Source: Oculina patagonica
Taxonomy: Eukaryota
Reading direction: 5' to 3'
Assembly: GCF_052425735.1 (NCBI RefSeq)
Contig: NC_135765.1
Location: 27,838,001 to 27,902,000, forward strand
Length of the DNA: 64,000 nucleotides
Made by a program: the position numbers and the translations under genes. Shown here piece after piece: positions 58,894-64,000 of the stretch. The notes beneath the pieces are model-generated. The model was not told where the DNA came from and ran no database searches. It saw nothing but the letters and a program-made list of their open reading frames with translations. Every line of letters starts with the position of its first letter. The first letter of the stretch is position 1.

Positions 58894-59665
58894 CAGATCA
58901 GTGGCTGAAGATGGACTGACAAAGTCGGAATGGACTGGACTTCGACGAAATTATGAATATATGAAAACCATATATTTGAACTGCGAATGAAGAACATACC
59001 TCGTTAATAAGGAATGGATATAACAGCTCATGGACGAAATTATACAAGGGCTTAAACTTATTATATTTTAATACTCATTGTGGCAAAATTTAAATAACAG
59101 TTGAGTACTACCGTCGCCTAGTGTTGAAATAAACTTTTTTCTTTATGTACCTCACGTTAATTTTTAATTTCGAAATATTACTCCCTCTTCCGCGTCAATT
59201 TTCTTTTTGGGAAGTAATGTCTATTTTTAATTCGCGTTAATTTAAGTCGCGTTAAGCGTTTATTTCTATAACGTATACGTATTGATTGAGTAATCTAGAC
59301 CGTGAAGAGTAATTTACAACGCAAACCTAGCCCTTTTCGTCATGAACAAGAAATTGTAATTCGACAGCTGCAATTGGTCAATCGATTAAGTAATTCGCCA
59401 CCGCCCCCCCCCCCCCCCCTCCACCATTACATAAAAAAGAAATATAGGGAACGGACAGACAACTTCTTCTTTATACGATCGACCAGGTCAGATCTGAACT
59501 GCTCCGGTTTTGGATTTTGAGCCAAAAAGAATCGCTGCATCTACATACTTGTTTAATTCGTTTTGTTTCACTTCATAAATATTCGCTAAATTTAATACTT
59601 AAATGGTATTTACGAGGAAAATACTTGAAAATAAAAATATTTAAAATCGCGTTAATTGAAAAGAC

Positions 59666-60117
59666 GGGAGGCACGGTGGCTTATACTGGATAGCGCGCGG
59701 GACTCGAGCCCTGGTCGGGGTTTATAATAATAACAAACAACTGCAAGCAAGGCTGATCATACTACGTGAAAAATAGGCTTTGCGAGACAACACCACGACT
59801 GGAACCGATACAGCAAGATTGCAACCGCGGACAGCTGTTTCGTTCTTATTGCTGATCAGATCTCTCAGTAGATCCTACGAATAGCAGCATTATCGTTTGC
59901 GGTCCCTTGCAGTTTTAGTCTTACTTTTATAATAATACCTTGTTGTGTTCTTAGGCAAAACACTTTACTCTCATGGTGCCTCTCTCCACCCAGGTGTATA
60001 AATAGGTACCGGCGATATAATGCTGGGTGCAGTGGTGGTGGTGGTGGTGGTGGGAGGGGGGGGGGGCGTGGTGGTATCCTGCGATGCACTAGCATCCCAT
60101 TCAGGGGGAGTAGAAAT
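59666..60117 (+). mobile_element. SINE copy upstream of NHL copy 4, interrupted at 59733-59925 by a Penelope-like fragment
   Basis: Same SINE as 5821 and 52767; the insert is flanked by 12-bp tttataataata (59721-59732, 59926-59937). Confidence 0.7.
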
Positions 60118-60168
60118 ATTGAAAAGATAATTTGTAGGATTTCCCTTCCAGCGAAGTCCAATCCAGGT

Positions 60169-60216
60169 TAACCTGCGATCAGGCGTCGAAAACAAAGAAC
60201 GCCTAATCGCAGGTTA
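60169..60216. mobile_element. 48-bp mini-MITE, same insertion site as 6024-6071
   Basis: Same TIRs and aatccaggt TSD. Confidence 0.8.
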
Positions 60217-60357
60217 AATCCAGGTCAAGATTCCTGTCAGATTCCTGTCATGCCTGATTCCTGGAATGTTTTCTCATAACATGCGACGGCACGCCATCAC
60301 AAGATCATTTGTATTGAACACGCAAACGTTTTTGAGTTCGTTTTTCACTTGACGATT

Positions 60358-62473
60358 ATGTCTTCGATTGTAACAGCCGTGTTTAAAGCCACGATCGGCT
60401 TGCTTGTGAATAAAGGCAGAGATAAGGCAGCGGAGAAGCTGAAAGATGGCGACGTAACAGATCAAAAATTTCGTGGTTTGATCGTCCGCGAAATCGACGA
60501 TATCAAGTCCAAGTTGGATGGATTATCAAGAAAAGATTTGCTAGCAAGTATCAGCTTCTTCGAGGAAGGAATTGAGTTTCTGTACGAAATGTTTGCTAAG
60601 GCAAGATCCAGAAGCGAGTACAGCGCGGTAACTACACAAGCAGCTTGTGCTGAAGCATTTTCTCTTGCGGAAGGAATGAGAACCTTGGAGCTTACCAACC
60701 TGGATGAATCCGCTACGAGGGCGCTTTCCAACGCAAAAGAGAGGTTCAAAGATGCTCGCAGAGAAGCCACAAGGGCTTTTAAAAATGAAGCTCTAGAAAT
60801 ATCTGACCGCATTCTAGCACTGCAATATAGAGTGATGGCGACAATACTAGAGACAGTAGACAATCCCGCCGACGCAGTAGCACCATGTAGAGTGTGCATT
60901 AAAGAACTTAACTCTTTGTCAGCAGTTCAGAATAGCTTTAATGTTCAGCTCAAGAAAGGCATTCAGGCAGTAAGGGGTCTGTTTGGCAAAGATGAACGCG
61001 GCAAAATTATTGCCAGTGTCTGTCATGTGCATCGTGTCATCTACGATGTCACGCAAACAGTCGGAAAAGACGTATATCTTTGGAACTGGCCTGCTATCGA
61101 AATCGGGGATAACAAAGTTGATCCATTGCGTGACGAAAGAGTTACTGAAGTTCTTCGTAGACAGGGCATGGGGCACTGTTCTGTAACATGGTCATTTGTT
61201 CGACTAGATCTGGATGAGTGGGAACATATACTGATGGAACCGCGGGGTATTGCTACAAACTCCAGCGGAAATTTCTTCGTAGGCGACTATGTACGTCATA
61301 ACGTCGTGAAGGTGTTTGATAGTACAGGGGCATTTATACGTCGTTTCAGTCTCCCTGCTGATGACGTAAATGCAAAGGTAGATGTTGATGATGTAGCCAC
61401 AGACGTAAATGACAACATCTATGTTTTGCTCAGAATGAAAAAACCTGGAGATGGGAGAGCTGAACCCACAGTACAGCCCACAGTTTATAAATTTAACAAC
61501 ACCGCTGACCTGCTTCAAAAGTTTCCTGTGAGGGGGACTGTGAGGAAAGGGTACGACTGCCCTGGCAGACTGACAGTCACTGACAGTCGCAAAGTACTAG
61601 TATCGAGTAGTGATGGAACTAGTGATGTGGTTGATGTGTACGAGGCTGATGGACAGTTTGTTCGCGAGTTTGGAAAAGGCATTTTGCAGTATACGTATGA
61701 TATCACTGCTGCTAATGATGGCCGTGTTATGGTAGTGGACAGAGATAGCTGTGTTCACATATTCAGTGAACACGGTGACCCGGGGGGGGGGTACTCCCTA
61801 TAATGGCCTATACGGGGAGGCTCCGCCCGAAAGGGGTACCTTTTTCAGGCTTCAGGTATATAAAAGGGTAGGGATTTCACGAGTTTAAGTATATGAAAGG
61901 GTATGGAAATCTGTCATTTGGCTATTTAAAAGGGCCTTTAATTAAAATATTTCGAACAGACGCAATTTATGGCTGTATTATTTTAATTTATTAAGCGCTA
62001 CATAAAAATGACAAGAAAACGTCCCATTTTAAGTCCACGCCATGTCTCTTAGGTATATGAAAGGGGTACCTTTTTTCAGTTAAAGGTATACGAAAGGGGT
62101 ACAATTTCTGTCAAAAATGGTATATAAAAGGGTAAGGGGTTAGAACTTGGGGCGGAGCCTCCCCGTATAAAACTTTTTTGAGTATCCCCCCGGGCACGGT
62201 GACCATCTTAACAAGTTTAAACTCAAAGGATGTTATTCACATTCAAGAATTGCATTTCACCGGGCAAGTGAACATGTCGTCGTCGCTAGTAAAGAAAGAA
62301 GGAAAGACCTTCTGCATGTAGAAATATACACCAAAGATGGCGAGTTTACACGCAGCACTCAAATCTACGAAAAACAAACTGGAATCTACGTCATTGGTGG
62401 AATAACAGTGACCTCTGAGGGACGTATTGCTGTAGCTTATGGATTGTCGCAGGGAAAGGTTTACGTCATTTAG
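60358..62473 (+). pseudogene. Helical-domain + NHL beta-propeller protein, copy 4, interrupted by a MITE
   Basis: ORF reads into the MITE at HGD|PGGGYSL*. After excision it continues HLNKFKLKGCYSHSRIAFH..AYGLSQGKVYVI* to TAG 62471-62473 with no other lesion. Confidence 0.9.
61779..62194. mobile_element. 416-bp hAT-like MITE
   Basis: TIR cccggggg..tactc / gagtatccccccggg; perfect 8-bp TSD cacggtga (61771-61778, 62195-62202). Confidence 0.9.
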
Positions 62474-62693
62474 CAATTATTCTCCGAAGGCGAATTGATT
62501 ATTGTTGAATAATCACCGACACGAACTGTTTTAGTATAATTTATAGAAGTAAATATCAAGAATTGCAGAGTGGAATACACGAAAATAACAGACAAAAGTG
62601 CTCGCTTGCAAACGTGTAAAGCCATAAGCAATAAAACGGGAAAAACAGACACTACATACGGTAAAGAAAGATCTGTAGTACCTTTGCTTAATC

Positions 62694-62763
62694 GTTGGTG
62701 ACTTCTGAACACTTTTCTCTGAAGACGACTTCCGCTCAGGTTGTCGAAACGTCAGTCACCAAC
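62694..62763 (+). ncRNA. Penelope-type hammerhead ribozyme motif within a PLE terminal fragment (to ~62820)
   Basis: CTGAAGA-cgac(ttccgctcaggtt)gtc-GAAA-cg-TC-agtcaccaac; upstream gttggtgact is complementary to agtcaccaac. Confidence 0.65.
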
Positions 62764-64000
62764 AACAGTTCTTTTCAGATCTACTCTCAACCGGACGATC
62801 ACACTATACGACCTATTGATATTGACAAAGCATAGAGTAAATAACGATTGAAGCTTTGTATAACTTCTTGTAGTTTCCTACAAATGGCAGTAGATATATT
62901 ATAACAAATTAAAGCTTTAACTAAGTTTTCAAAAGTCTTTGATGGCGTAATATATAGATTGTTTATTTGTTAATAGTTGTAATTAAGTTTTTTTTTATTA
63001 ATGTATATAAAATATTTCCTATTTTATATATATTAATTACGTTTTTAGTTAGGCAGGTTAGGTGTCCACAATTAGTAGAGGGGACTTCTCCCCTCAGCTA
63101 CTACAGTTTGACACGATAATAAAGTTGTTATTAAGTATTTTTGAAGAGAAAAAGAACTCCGCAAATGGCTACGATAGCGAGCTTTTTAATTTTGAAAACT
63201 TTATTCCTTTTTTATTCTTGATTAACTTGGAAACGCTCTTATTTTTCTTAAATTTCGTAAACAGCTTGTCAGTCTACTATACTGTAACATATCAAAAATT
63301 AATTCCAAGAGTCTATCAATATTTCGAGGAAAACAGGCTTTTTTCCTTAAAGGTGGAAATTGACGCGAGTTTTTTACGCGCGTTGACGTGCGTGAAAAAA
63401 TTTAGAGACAACGTATGAACGAATTGCGTAAACGTGTACGCAAGTAGTTCAGAAACTGTCTCTATTTTTTACGCACGTAAACGCGCGTAAGAAATTACGC
63501 GTCAGTGGAAATCCACCTTTATATAAGGACAAATGGGGGGAGGGGGTATAAAAAATTTCCTCTGCAAATTTTTTTTTCGAAATTCCACCTATGTTTTGTT
63601 ATACATATCGTGTTTGCAAACAATTTATTGTGTCTTTCTAGGCCCTGCAAACTTTTTTTTTTCAATTTATTTTATACCCCTTCCTCCAAAAAATAATGTT
63701 CCGTCCCTTAAGCGGCCTTCACACGACACACTAATGGCCAACTTATGTTGGCAAACTCAAGTTGGTGTGTGTGAACTACGCAACAACGGCAAACAAGTTG
63801 GCTACAAAAAGAACTTGTCTGTATTCTTGCCAACTTGTTTGCCAATTCAGTTCAGTGTTGTCTCGTTCACACGGCCAACAATCTGGGGGGTCCTTCTTAA
63901 CTACCAATTTTGTTGCTAAGAAAGATTTCTGACCGTCAAACTTTAGAAACCGAACTTCCTATGGATGAGATTTTCGTACAACTTAGTTCTATTGAAGAGT

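Noticed and set aside
6213-62473. Diversity-generating retroelement-like mechanism for propeller variation
   Set aside because: No template/variable repeat pair or adenine-specific pattern is evident; the RT sequences here belong to BEL/Pao, PLE and LINE elements.

Overview
AT-rich eukaryotic genomic DNA. It is probably from an anthozoan or stony coral, which is an inference from the repeat families and gene types. The backbone is an array of four intronless paralogues (ATG at 6213, 24051, 53277, 60358). Each encodes a near-invariant ~270-aa helical N-terminal domain fused to a C-terminal NHL beta-propeller whose loops are hypervariable, with no RING or B-box. Copies 2 and 3 are intact, copy 1 has a 2-nt frameshift, and copy 4 is split by a hAT-type MITE. 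Three other genes lie between the copies. (i) An intronless 727-aa multi-pass membrane protein with a truncated tandem paralogue. (ii) A gene visible only after removing a very young 7.7-kb BEL/Pao LTR retrotransposon; it reconstitutes to 317 aa: signal peptide, TNF/C1q-like beta domain, Ly6/uPAR three-finger domain and hydrophobic tail. (iii) A minus-strand gene starting MGQNLCCFGC whose first coding exon is split by a decayed Academ transposon. The rest is dense, often nested transposon material: Harbinger-, hAT-, Ginger-, P-, Kolobok- and MULE-like non-autonomous elements, hairpin-ended elements, SINEs, LINE and Penelope fragments, and Penelope-type minimal hammerhead ribozymes. Many insertions can be checked against empty sites in paralogous segments inside the window. 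All calls come from reading the sequence; no searches were run.
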